From: an uncultured Ignavibacteria bacterium
GTDB taxonomy: Bacteria > Bacteroidota > Ignavibacteria > Tepidaquicellales > OLB5
Direction of reading: 5' to 3'
NCBI GenBank assembly: GCA_963816535.1
Contig: CAWFKW010000006.1
Span: 324,334 to 388,333 of the forward strand
Length of the DNA: 64,000 bases
Below, one piece after another: positions 35,859 to 45,474 of this stretch. The translations under genes and the position numbers were made by a program. The notes beneath the pieces were generated by a model, which was not told the DNA's origin, did not search any database, and was given only the letters and a program-made list of their open reading frames with translations. How positions within the stretch are numbered: position 1 is the stretch's first letter; each line of letters begins with the position of its first letter.

Positions 35859-35890
35859 GGGGCGAACTAAAGGTTCGCCCTTAATTTTTT
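35859..35890. terminator. REP-like hairpin acting as terminator between convergent genes
   Basis: GGGCGAAC-taaag-GTTCGCCC followed by ttaatttttt. It belongs to the GTAGGGGCG...CGCCC hairpin family. Confidence 0.65.
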
Positions 35891-36783
35891 CAGAACCTGT
35901 AATTCAGGATTCTATAGATTAGCTTTGCTGTTAGAAAATCCGGGAAAGCGTAGTCTTTTCGCGGGGCAAGTTCAACAACGTCAAACCCCACCAGGTTTCT
36001 TTTCTCACAAACCGATCTCAAAAGCCTCATTGTTTCATCCCAGTAAAATCCGTTAGGCTCCGGAGTGCCTGTTGAAGGCATAATAGACGGGTCAAAGTAA
36101 TCCACATCGAATGTAATATAGACATTCTGATCAAGCGAATTTACAATAATATCTATAAGCTGCCCGTCAAAACCTTCATGCCGCATTTGGTGTGCATAGA
36201 AGGTTGTAATTCCTTTATCTATAATAAAATCATGCTCTTCTTTTGACTGTGCGCGGATCCCCACCTGCGTTAATTTAGTCGTGAATTCAACTACCCGCTT
36301 AGCGAAACAAGCGTGCGAGTATTTTGTGCCTCCATATTCTTCGCGCAGATCCGAATGAGCGTCAAAATGCAGGATGGAGAGATTCTCATAAGAATCAAAG
36401 TGCGCCCTTATGGGCGCAGTTGATATGGTATGCTCGCCGCCAAGCGTAATTACAAACTTTCCGGCGTCTATCAGGGCTTTAACATTTTTGTAAATGAGGT
36501 CGAGAGCCTTTTTTCCGCTTAGCTTGCTGAAATCAAGCGCTTTTAACGCGGCAATACCTTCGGTAAAACATATTTCTTTTCCTGTTTCTTCATCGAAGAA
36601 TTCAACGTAGTGCGAAGCCTCAAGAATTGCGGCCGGCCCCTTGCCCGTTCCCTTGCCGTATGTAACCGTTTTTTCGTATGGACAAGGGAGAATAACTATT
36701 TTCGAGTTATCAAAATCAGAATACTGTTTTTCAATCGCCAGGAAGTTCTTTTTTAAAGGCAGAGTGCGGAATTTGTGCGGCAT
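35890..36783 (-). CDS. speB: Agmatinase / ureohydrolase-family enzyme
   Basis: Arginase-fold metal motifs GGEHTIS, HFDAHSDL, FDVDYFDPS and TGTPEPNG. Its ATG overlaps the dnaX TAA by 1 nt. Confidence 0.7.
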   Translation of the reverse strand: MPHKFRTLPLKKNFLAIEKQYSDFDNSKIVILPCPYEKTVTYGKGTGKGPAAILEASHYVEFFDEETGKEICFTEGIAALKALDFSKLSGKKALDLIYKNVKALIDAGKFVITLGGEHTISTAPIRAHFDSYENLSILHFDAHSDLREEYGGTKYSHACFAKRVVEFTTKLTQVGIRAQSKEEHDFIIDKGITTFYAHQMRHEGFDGQLIDIIVNSLDQNVYITFDVDYFDPSIMPSTGTPEPNGFYWDETMRLLRSVCEKRNLVGFDVVELAPRKDYAFPDFLTAKLIYRILNYRF

Positions 36784-38489
36784 TATCTTATTTCTTTTGC
36801 GTTAAACTCGTTTACAAGAATCGAGCGTATCTTATCGTAGGAGCTCTCAGAGTTTTCTTTGGCGGCAGATTTTTCATCGTTGTTTTCTGTGCGGGCGGGG
36901 ATAGTCTTTTCAACTGTGACATTGAGCGGGACTCCAAAATAGGCTGAGATCTTCTCGGCGATATAATCTTTGTACCCGCTCAGAAGTTCATAATTGCTCT
37001 CATCGATTCTGATGACGCAATTCCTTTTTCCGTCTGATTCAAAATATGAATCCTTTACAATGCTGTAAATCCACATCTTCTTCTCGGCTTTAATCCCGTC
37101 CTTAATTGAGGTCCAGTGGGAATCAAGATCGCCTAATACTGATGAAATATCCACAGCCTGGAACTGCGTTTGGACCGGCGTCGGCGTTTCTTTTAATGTT
37201 GCGGTTTCCGTGGCGGCCGCCGATTCGTTCTTCATATCATAATTTACTTTAACCGGGCTGCCTGCTTCTGATTTTACCGCGGTTTTGGTTTCGGTTGAAA
37301 CGCCTGAACGGCCTGAGTTTCTGCCTGTTTGACCCGCGCTTATTTCCTTTATTTCATCAAGTAATGTCGATATATCTTTCGTATCGGTAAACTTGATCAG
37401 CTCTATCAGGAGCGCTTCAATTAACGTTCTCTGGTTTGCCGAATATTTGAATGTATATTCAGTCTGCAGAATTAATTTAAGCGAGTTAATTGTTTCTATC
37501 TGCGTAAACTTACCGGCGAGCTGAAGATATTTTTCCTTCGTGGATTCCGATTCAAGTATTAATGCCGCTGAATTTGTGGATGCGGCTATCATCAGGTTGC
37601 GGTAATGCTCTGCCAGCCCGTCAAGAAAAGTCTGCATGTCGTATCCTTTGTTCATCAGTTCATCGAAGTAGTCAAGCAGTCCCTTTGCATCTCTCGCTTT
37701 AACAAGCCACGAGATGTTGAAATATACATCGGATTGCGCGATATTAAAAAACTCTTTCAGTTTATCGAACGTAATATTATTATCCGAGTATGCGGCGGAC
37801 ATATCGAACAATCCCTGCGCGTCGCGCATGGAGCCGTCGCCTTTTTTTGCGATGAAAAAAAGCGATTCGTCGTCTATCCTGATATTTTCTTTTTTCGCTA
37901 TTTCAATTGTGCGCGCTTTTATTTCGTCAATTGTAAGGCGCTTGAAATCAAATTTCTGGCACCTGCCAAGTATCGTCATAGGCACCTTTTCAGGGGATGT
38001 TGTGGCGAATATAAAAACAACATACGGAGGCGGCTCTTCCAGCGTTTTCAGCAGTGCGTTGAACGATGCGCCTGTAAGCATATGGACTTCATCAATAATG
38101 AATATCTTATATTTTGAGCGAACCGGCCCGTATTTTACTTTTTCTTTCAGCTCTCTTACATCTTCAATGTTCCTGTTCGAGGCGCCGTCGATCTCAAAAA
38201 CGTCGGGGTGGTTGCGGTTATCGTTCTGAATCTCTTTGCAGCTTTCGCAAACGCCGCACGGGTCGCCGTCAGGTTTGCGGTTCAGGCAGTTGAGCGATTT
38301 GGCCAGGATCCTCGCAACGGTAGTTTTGCCAACTCCGCGCGGTCCGCAGAACAGGTAAGCATGCGATACTCGTCCGCTTTTGACGGCGTTTTTCAGCGTC
38401 CTTGTGATAAATTCCTGAGACGTTACATCGTCGAACACCTGCGGCCGCCACTTGCGCGCCGTAACTCTGAATTCTAATTCTTCCGGCAT
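36783..38489 (-). CDS. dnaX: DNA polymerase III subunit gamma/tau
   Basis: ARKWRPQVFDDVTSQEFITRTLKNAV..HAYLFCGPRGVGKTT..CGVCESC..IIDEVHMLT..FNALLKTLEEPP. Confidence 0.95.
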   Translation of the reverse strand: MPEELEFRVTARKWRPQVFDDVTSQEFITRTLKNAVKSGRVSHAYLFCGPRGVGKTTVARILAKSLNCLNRKPDGDPCGVCESCKEIQNDNRNHPDVFEIDGASNRNIEDVRELKEKVKYGPVRSKYKIFIIDEVHMLTGASFNALLKTLEEPPPYVVFIFATTSPEKVPMTILGRCQKFDFKRLTIDEIKARTIEIAKKENIRIDDESLFFIAKKGDGSMRDAQGLFDMSAAYSDNNITFDKLKEFFNIAQSDVYFNISWLVKARDAKGLLDYFDELMNKGYDMQTFLDGLAEHYRNLMIAASTNSAALILESESTKEKYLQLAGKFTQIETINSLKLILQTEYTFKYSANQRTLIEALLIELIKFTDTKDISTLLDEIKEISAGQTGRNSGRSGVSTETKTAVKSEAGSPVKVNYDMKNESAAATETATLKETPTPVQTQFQAVDISSVLGDLDSHWTSIKDGIKAEKKMWIYSIVKDSYFESDGKRNCVIRIDESNYELLSGYKDYIAEKISAYFGVPLNVTVEKTIPARTENNDEKSAAKENSESSYDKIRSILVNEFNAKEIR

Positions 38490-38662
38490 TAATTATTTAT
38501 GATTAATATGCTAAGATAACGTTAAATTTAAACTTTAAATATCAAAAATCAAAACGAAAATGAAAAATCCTGCATGTTCCCAAAGTCCGTGATTGGGAAA
38601 CGGTTACTTGCATTATCTGCCCTGCTCCGCTGCCGCGGATTAGCATGCTGCGCCTATTGGAT

Positions 38663-39949
38663 TTACTTTTTAAAATCAATTCCGCAATACTGAACGCTTA
38701 GATATCCCTTATCATATCTCATCCAGCAGTTCGCGGTAAAATCGTTGTAAGAAGAAACGTTTATGTAATCGCCGAAGAATACTTTCTTTTTCGGCATGAA
38801 CGGCGATTCTGAAATTTTTATGTTCTTAAAGTTATCTCCGCCGTCTGTTGAGCGCGCAAGATATACATCTGTGTTTGCGTCGGAATAATTCCTCCTGTCA
38901 TAAAATAAAACATTTATTGCGCCGGTAACAGGGTCAACGCTCATCCAGCTCATGAACTGTTGCTTGCCGTTTCTCAGTGGGTCGTCGTTTACGCGCTTTA
39001 CCGGGCTCCATGTGTTCCCGCCGTCTGATGATTTCATAAAGAACACATCCACGTCGTTAACGCCGTTGGTTCTGTCAGACCAGCTTACGTAAATATTCCC
39101 GCGGAAAGGCGAGTGGCTGATATCGCATCCTGTGCTTGGCATCCCGTTGCAGCGGTAAATGCTGTCGATATCATAGCACCAGCCGCCGGGCATCTGCGTT
39201 ATTACTGATTCGGCCGGCAACCATTTTATGCCGCCATCTGTTGAACGGTTGAAAGAAATCCCCATCGGTCCGGCCCAGCATACATATATCTCGCCGCCCG
39301 GGCCAACGCACGGAACGGCGCCTTCCACTGTGAGAGACGAGTCTTTACAATCCCCTGCATAAGTATTAATTCGTTTTGCTTCGCTCCATGTGATGCCGCC
39401 ATCGGCTGACATTGAGAAATGAATATTTGAGCTGTCAAGCGGGTTCTTGCTTTCGTACCCGTCAAACTGCGTCCACGCAATATAGATACTGTTCCGCCAC
39501 TTGCTGTCGGATAGGTCAACGCAAACGCCGGGTTTATCCTGTTGTTTGGGACGGTTCAATCCCGTAAAGGAACCCGGGTTACTCCATGTTTTTCCCCAGT
39601 CGGTCGATTTCTGGCATACCATTCTGTCTATCCAGTTCTCCCGCGAGGGCATCGAGAGATGAAAATAATAACCGTTGCCTTTCAGGTCGCATACCACAAT
39701 AGGGTCGCCCCACACTCCGTAATCATCCGATTTGATGTAACCGTATCCCCATGTACCTCCTGCATCGGTTGAGTAATAATAATTGCTGAGGTTAGATGCG
39801 GCTATAATGTCCTGCGGATTAGCAGGGTTAACAACGATCGAAACTTCGTTGGGCCCGTTATTTTCGCTGTTAACTTGTATGTTTTTGTACTGCGCCATGC
39901 TTGCGGCGCTGAAGAGGAGGGCTGAAAGTAATATTATTTTTTTCATCAA
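38663..39949 (-). CDS. BNR/Asp-box repeat beta-propeller (sialidase-like) protein, no T9SS domain
   Basis: Signal peptide and six S-x-D-x-G-x-(T/K)-W boxes (STDAGGTW, STDWGKTW, SADGGITW, STDGGIKW, SSDGGNTW, STDGGDNF). Confidence 0.8.
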   Translation of the reverse strand: MMKKIILLSALLFSAASMAQYKNIQVNSENNGPNEVSIVVNPANPQDIIAASNLSNYYYSTDAGGTWGYGYIKSDDYGVWGDPIVVCDLKGNGYYFHLSMPSRENWIDRMVCQKSTDWGKTWSNPGSFTGLNRPKQQDKPGVCVDLSDSKWRNSIYIAWTQFDGYESKNPLDSSNIHFSMSADGGITWSEAKRINTYAGDCKDSSLTVEGAVPCVGPGGEIYVCWAGPMGISFNRSTDGGIKWLPAESVITQMPGGWCYDIDSIYRCNGMPSTGCDISHSPFRGNIYVSWSDRTNGVNDVDVFFMKSSDGGNTWSPVKRVNDDPLRNGKQQFMSWMSVDPVTGAINVLFYDRRNYSDANTDVYLARSTDGGDNFKNIKISESPFMPKKKVFFGDYINVSSYNDFTANCWMRYDKGYLSVQYCGIDFKK

Positions 39950-40054
39950 ATAGATTTTAGTTGGTCAAAAGAGCAAAACAAAAATCCTGCGCATCATTAC
40001 GTTCGCGTTTTAACGCGCAGGATAATTGAAAAATCACATTGGCGGCGCTTCCGG

Positions 40055-41644
40055 TTATTTTACCAATACCATTTTCTTTGTTTCTATATAAGACCCAGTG
40101 TGGAGTGTATAATAATAAACCCCCGATGCGTAATCGGCCGCGTCCCAGTTGATTTCGTACGAGCCGGGCTTCAGGTTTCCGCTCGCTAAAGTGGCGACTT
40201 CTCTCCCGAGCTGGTCATAAACTTTCAGGCTCGTTTGTCCCGAAACCTGTTTAGGAATATCGAACCGTATCTTTGTAGTTGGGTTAAACGGATTTGGATA
40301 GTTCTGGCTGAGAGAAAATGAATTTGGTACCTGACCGCTTACTGGTTCTATTCCGACCGGGAAATCAATTAAAGCGGTCCATACGCTGAGCCCGCTGCCG
40401 GTTAGCCTGGTCCACATTGGCCTTATTCTGCCGTTAGCGGCTGTAATGTTGTTATAATCCCCGAAAAATGTACCCGAGGTCGGCGTGAACGGGCTGGCGC
40501 TTATTCTTTCGTTGATCCAAGTTGTGCCGCCATCGGTTGAATGCGCCATATAAACGTCGGTGCCTGCGTTAGTATAATTTCTCCTGTCATAAAAAACTGT
40601 GTAAAGATAACCTGTTGTCTGGTCAATCGTCATCCATGTAAAGAATTGCTCTCTTGCGGTGGTGTCATCATTAACCCTTATCGGGGCGCTCCAGTTGAGT
40701 CCGCCGTTTGTCGACCTTATGATCTTCACGTCATGATCTCCGGGCGCGACGCTATCGGTGTAGTTAATATAGATGTAGCCTCTGTACGGCCCGTTGCTTA
40801 CGTCGCAGCATGTAATTGGCAAGCCATTGGCTCTGTATATTCCGCTTATATCATAATCCCATCCGCCAACCTGTGTGCCCGCAATAATGTTATTTGCCAG
40901 CCATGTACTGCCCCCGTCCGTAGATTTTGTGAAGAACAGCCTGGGAACATTATGGCTTAGCGGCCCGGCCCAGCCTACATAAACTTCGCCGTTGGGACCC
41001 ACGCAAGGTACGGCTCCCTCCTGTGTGTTATCGCTATCCACGCAATCGCCTGCAACCTGGTTAAGCCTTGCGGGCGTACTCCATGTTAAGCCGCCGTCTG
41101 TAGATCTTGAGAACATTATGTTTGAACTATCATTCGAATTTGTCGTGCCATAGACATCGAACCTTGTCCAGGTTACATAGATCCAGTTGCCATGCGAACC
41201 ATGAGTAAAATCTACGCAGGGCCAGGCCTTATCTTCCTGCCTGGGAAGCTGGAAGCCTGTAAAGGAACCATCGTTGTAACTTGCTCCGCCATTAGTTGAT
41301 TTCTGGATAACAATTCGGTCTATGAATGTGCCGCCCCCGGGATTAGTAAGATGAACATAATAGAAATTACCGGCTGTATCACAAGTAAGCGCAGGGTCTC
41401 CCCAAACGCTGTAGCTTGACGATATGGTATTTATGTTCCATGTTGTTCCGCCATCAGACGAATAATAAGCATTATTAATATTAGCTCCGGCAGTTAGCTG
41501 GTTTATGTTCTTTGGGTTTATTGTTATCGAAACTTCCTCGGGTTGGTTTTGCGAGCTTATCATCACGTTTGTGTAAGACGACTGGCTGTATAAGATGTTA
41601 ACCGAGATCAGCAAAGTTACAGTAAGTAAAAATATCCGCTTCAT
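40055..41644 (-). CDS. BNR/Asp-box repeat beta-propeller protein with T9SS C-terminal sorting domain
   Basis: Paralogue of 38663, with Asp-boxes SSDGGTTW, STNGGASY, STDGGLTW, STDGGSTW, STNGGLNW and STDGGTTW. C-terminus reads NYPNPFNPTTKIRFD...GVYYYTL..K. Confidence 0.8.
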   Translation of the reverse strand: MKRIFLLTVTLLISVNILYSQSSYTNVMISSQNQPEEVSITINPKNINQLTAGANINNAYYSSDGGTTWNINTISSSYSVWGDPALTCDTAGNFYYVHLTNPGGGTFIDRIVIQKSTNGGASYNDGSFTGFQLPRQEDKAWPCVDFTHGSHGNWIYVTWTRFDVYGTTNSNDSSNIMFSRSTDGGLTWSTPARLNQVAGDCVDSDNTQEGAVPCVGPNGEVYVGWAGPLSHNVPRLFFTKSTDGGSTWLANNIIAGTQVGGWDYDISGIYRANGLPITCCDVSNGPYRGYIYINYTDSVAPGDHDVKIIRSTNGGLNWSAPIRVNDDTTAREQFFTWMTIDQTTGYLYTVFYDRRNYTNAGTDVYMAHSTDGGTTWINERISASPFTPTSGTFFGDYNNITAANGRIRPMWTRLTGSGLSVWTALIDFPVGIEPVSGQVPNSFSLSQNYPNPFNPTTKIRFDIPKQVSGQTSLKVYDQLGREVATLASGNLKPGSYEINWDAADYASGVYYYTLHTGSYIETKKMVLVK

Positions 41645-41850
41645 TTGTTGTTACTTTTATTGAGTTTAAGCATTACGTAATGCCCTTAAATTAAGCAAAA
41701 ATCCCGAAATATGTATTTATATTCAAGATAATTCGATTGCGGATTTTAGAGTTGAGAATGTGGATTTTGCACCAAAAATCAAATATCGGGAGATCATTTT
41801 TGAGTTGTCATTTTACAGTTTAGTATTTGAACTTCGGCTTATTGTCTAAT

Positions 41851-42006
41851 GTAGGGGCGGACCTGTGTGTCCGCCCTCTTATTTTGTAAAAGAAAATTCG
41901 AATCAAACTTAAATTAGGAAGGGAAATAATGTTCATTCGTTATTTTTTGTTTTTCGGCATTTGCAAATCAAACGTAAGGGCGGACACACAGGTCCGCCCC
42001 TACAGG
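41851..42006. repeat. Two identical REP-like hairpins in inverted orientation flanking ~98 bp
   Basis: gtaggggcggacctgtgtgtccgccct at 41851, and its exact reverse complement ending at about 42004. Confidence 0.85.
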
Positions 42007-42018
42007 AATTCTAAATAC

Positions 42019-43674
42019 CTATTTCACCAAAACCATTTTTTTGGTTTCAGTAAATGAACCTGAAACAAGCTTATAATAATATATCCCGGAAGCATAGTCT
42101 GCGGCATCCCAGTTAACTTCGTACGAGCCGGGATTTATATTGCCGCTTACTAAAGTTGTAACCTCTCTGCCCAGCTGGTCGTAAACTTTTAATGTTGTTT
42201 CACCTTTCACGCCGGCCGGGATATCATATCTTATTTTCGTAGTCGGGTTAAATGGGTTCGGATAATTCTGGCTCAATCCAAACGATTTTGGAACCTGGTT
42301 GCTTGCTGTGTTAATTCCTACCGGGAAATCTATCAATGCGGTCCACACGCTGAGGCTGCCTGAAAGCCGTGTCCACATTGGCCTTACGCGTCCGCTTGCA
42401 GCCGAAATCCCGATGTAATCGCCAAAGAAATTTCCTGTAGTAGGTAAAAACGGACTTGAGCTTATCCTCTCATTTATCCACGTATTACCGCCGTCCGTTG
42501 AGTGCGCCATATAGACGTCTGTGTTTGCATTGGTATAATTTCTTCTGTCGTAAAAGTCAATATAAATAATTCCGGTCGACTGGTCAATCGCCATCCACGA
42601 TAAGAACTGTTCCTTCCCTGCGGGGTCGTCATTCACTCTTATCGGGGCGCTCCAGCTAACTCCGCCGTTTGTTGACTTAACTATTTTTACGTCGTGGTCA
42701 TTCGGGCCGGCGCTATCGGTATAATTAATATATATGTTTCCTCTGTATGGACCGTTGCTTACATCGCATAGAGTGCAAGGCAGGCCGTTGCATCTTTGGA
42801 GCCCGTTTATTAAATAATCCCATCCCCCCGGTTGAGGAGCGACGATCATGTTATTAGGGAGCCATGTGTTCCCTCCGTCGGTTGATTTGTCAAAAAATAC
42901 AGAAAAACTATTTACGCCTGATGGCCCCACCCATGCGTCGTACAACTCGCCATTTGGCCCTACGCAAGGCACAGCGCCTTCGGTAGTGTAATCAGCGTCC
43001 ATGCAATCGCCTCCGCGCCTGCTAAGCTTGTAAGGCGTTGACCATGTGCCGCCGGCATCTGTTGAGCGCGAGAACATAATGTGAGAGCTATCAGCGGGAT
43101 TAGGCGTGCCGTAATCGTCAAACTCTGTCCATGTAACATATATCCAGTTGCCTCGGGGCCCGTGAGTCCAGTCAATACCTATGCCGTGCTTATCCTGGAT
43201 CTTTGGCAGGTCAAGCCCGGTGAACGAACCAGGGTCGTTCCATGTGGCGCCGCCATTGCTTGATTTCTGACATATAATTCTGTCTACATAATACGGAAAC
43301 GGATGCCCGGGATCATTGGCGAGATGGAAATAATAAAATGAGCCCGCTGTATCGATGGCTATTATTGGGTCGCCCCACACGCCCCAGGAAGAGTTCACTA
43401 TAAATCCGGTTACCCATGTGGCTCCGCCGTCAGTTGAATAATCTGAATGATCTAAATTGGCTCCGCCGTCAGTTGAATAATCTGAATGATCTAAATTGGC
43501 CCCGCCTACAACCTGGTTAATGTTTTTTGGATTTACGCAAATGGACGGTTCTTCCGGTGCAAACCCGTTATGAGTCGAATTATCGATCATAACATTTGTA
43601 TATGACAACTGGCTGAACAATAGGGAAGGTAAAATCAATATTGAAACGAGAATAGTAAAATATATCTTCATCAT
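42019..43674 (-). CDS. BNR/Asp-box repeat beta-propeller protein with T9SS C-terminal sorting domain
   Basis: Closest paralogue of 40055. It contains a 13-aa in-frame duplication (GGANLDHSDYSTD x2) and the same T9SS C-terminus. Confidence 0.8.
   Translation of the reverse strand: MMKIYFTILVSILILPSLLFSQLSYTNVMIDNSTHNGFAPEEPSICVNPKNINQVVGGANLDHSDYSTDGGANLDHSDYSTDGGATWVTGFIVNSSWGVWGDPIIAIDTAGSFYYFHLANDPGHPFPYYVDRIICQKSSNGGATWNDPGSFTGLDLPKIQDKHGIGIDWTHGPRGNWIYVTWTEFDDYGTPNPADSSHIMFSRSTDAGGTWSTPYKLSRRGGDCMDADYTTEGAVPCVGPNGELYDAWVGPSGVNSFSVFFDKSTDGGNTWLPNNMIVAPQPGGWDYLINGLQRCNGLPCTLCDVSNGPYRGNIYINYTDSAGPNDHDVKIVKSTNGGVSWSAPIRVNDDPAGKEQFLSWMAIDQSTGIIYIDFYDRRNYTNANTDVYMAHSTDGGNTWINERISSSPFLPTTGNFFGDYIGISAASGRVRPMWTRLSGSLSVWTALIDFPVGINTASNQVPKSFGLSQNYPNPFNPTTKIRYDIPAGVKGETTLKVYDQLGREVTTLVSGNINPGSYEVNWDAADYASGIYYYKLVSGSFTETKKMVLVK
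43420..43497. repeat. Perfect 2 x 39-bp tandem duplication inside the BNR gene
   Basis: ggctccgccgtcagttgaataatctgaatgatctaaatt occurs twice back to back. Confidence 0.95.
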
Positions 43675-43819
43675 TAATTGAATTAAATTAGGTACAAAAT
43701 CTCCAATAATGATTTTACATTCAAGCTAATATTTTTGAATTGAATTAATTAAAACAGATGAGACCGCCCGGGAACGGGGTTACATCAAACATTTGAAGCG
43801 CTGAATATTTGGCAATAAA

Positions 43820-45133
43820 CTAATTTTCATTGATTATTGCAGTCCATAGGCTGGATGCCGAACCGTCAAGGCGCGTCCATACGGGCCGAACCACGCCGTT
43901 TATAGCGGCAATGCTGATATAATCGCCAAAGAAAGTGCTTTCCCCGGGAATAAAAGGCGATTCGCTGATCCTTTCACAGGTAAATGCAGCTCCTCCATTG
44001 TTCGACTTTGCAATATACACTTCTGTCATCTCCGTTGCGCTGTCGGGCCTGTTGTAATACAGGAAATATAGATTGCCGTCCGATTGGTCAATAGTCATTG
44101 CGCTGCAGAACTGCTGAGTTCCACGCGGATCGTTTGTAACTCTTTTTGCTTTGCTCCAGTGGCTGCCGCCATCAGAGGAAAAGGAGAACCAGATATCTGT
44201 ATCTTCCGGCCCGTTGCGCTGGTCGGTCCACGAAACATAAATTTTCCCGTTCTCCGTACCGCCGCTCCTGTCGCAGGCAATCGACGGGAACCCAAAGCAC
44301 CGGTAAATTCCGGGAACGTCGTATTTAAAACCTGCCGGCAGCAGGTCGATTGTTATTTCCTTTTCAAGCCATGTTGCGCCGCCATCGGTTGAACGGTTAA
44401 ATATTATTCCTTTCCCGCTTGACCAGCATTCATACAATTGACCATCGGGGCCCACCGTCGAAGTAACTCCAAGCAGCGTATTTGGCACGTCTGTGCATGC
44501 CGCGCCCGGCGTAGTGCTGATTATTTTAGGCTGCTCCCAGGAAACCCCCTGGTCTGACGACGATGAAAAAAATATATCAGTTTTTGGCTTGGTTTCATCC
44601 GGCGTGTGCGTTCCTTCATCTTTGTTTATCGCATAGTCGCCCTGCCCGCACTGCGTCCATGCAAGATAAATATTATCGCGGAACGGGCTGTTAGTAACAT
44701 CTATGCATGCCCACTCTTTATCCTGCATATGAGGAGGGTTTTGCCCTATCGCTGTATCAACCGCCGTCCATGTGATTCCGCCGTCTTCGGATTTCTGGCA
44801 AACTATTCTGTCATTGCTGAACCCGTTTGCAAGAGCCAGGTGGAAATAGTATAGGTTTTCCTTGGTATCGAATACGAGGCACGGATCGCCCCAAACGCCG
44901 AACTTTGATTCCAGCTTGCGGATCCCCCATGTGTAGCCCCCGTCGAAGCTGAAGAAGTAACTATCTATGTTGCAGGCTGCCACTATATGGTTTGTATTGT
45001 TCGGATTTATTACAACCGTGGGCTCATCCGGGCTGTTTTCGTTTGTTATCATAATATTTCTGTATGCGGACTGCGCGTATAATGCCGAGTACACAAACAC
45101 AAGCAACAGCAGGACAGGAATTTTTTTGAGCAT
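43820..45133 (-). CDS. BNR/Asp-box repeat beta-propeller protein, no T9SS domain
   Basis: Signal peptide. Asp-boxes SFDGGYTW, SEDGGITW, SSDQGVSW, STDGGATW, SSDGGSHW and SNNGGAAF. Confidence 0.8.
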   Translation of the reverse strand: MLKKIPVLLLLVFVYSALYAQSAYRNIMITNENSPDEPTVVINPNNTNHIVAACNIDSYFFSFDGGYTWGIRKLESKFGVWGDPCLVFDTKENLYYFHLALANGFSNDRIVCQKSEDGGITWTAVDTAIGQNPPHMQDKEWACIDVTNSPFRDNIYLAWTQCGQGDYAINKDEGTHTPDETKPKTDIFFSSSSDQGVSWEQPKIISTTPGAACTDVPNTLLGVTSTVGPDGQLYECWSSGKGIIFNRSTDGGATWLEKEITIDLLPAGFKYDVPGIYRCFGFPSIACDRSGGTENGKIYVSWTDQRNGPEDTDIWFSFSSDGGSHWSKAKRVTNDPRGTQQFCSAMTIDQSDGNLYFLYYNRPDSATEMTEVYIAKSNNGGAAFTCERISESPFIPGESTFFGDYISIAAINGVVRPVWTRLDGSASSLWTAIINEN

Positions 45134-45474
45134 AAAAATACATTTAAAATAATTCAGAAATCAAAATTAGATGTTATACGGCGAAACAGAAGTTTTAGTT
45201 CCAAAATTTAACTGATTGAATAAATTTCCACCCCCTCTGTATCTCCCCCTGATAGGGGGAGACGGAAACAGGCATGCTAAAGGAATAGATATTGTCCCAT
45301 CCTTACAGGAGGGGGTAGGTCTGCCCGCCTTCGGATGAGGAAGTGAAACTATAAACACCTTGTCGGGATATTCCGGGTTTGGCGAAAATTAATGCTTTCA
45401 ACCCCTGCTATTCTTTTAACATATGCGAAAATCTTTGACGGTGGTTTATTTTTTCGGTTAATGCGTTCTGCAAA

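Noticed and set aside
37842-37848. A7 run in the dnaX coding strand (GCAAAAAAAGGC) as a programmed frameshift or slippage site producing gamma
   Set aside because: It lies at about codon 213, inside the ATPase region. That is too early to yield a functional gamma subunit. No downstream stimulatory structure was seen.
38490-38662. SRP (4.5S/ffs) RNA, which is often found upstream of dnaX
   Set aside because: On the minus strand only GCGGCAGCGGAGCAGGGCAG loosely resembles the domain IV consensus. There is no GGAA-type tetraloop or extended helix. The GTTCCCAA..TTGGGAAC hairpin is better explained as the terminator of the 38663 gene.
45167-45358. 63-aa ORF, and the similar ORFs 63144-63335 and 63224-63430, inside GC-rich or hairpin repeat regions
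   Set aside because: Their sequences (PPIRGRYRGGG and the like) are read-through of intergenic hairpin repeats. They have no homologous pattern or start context.
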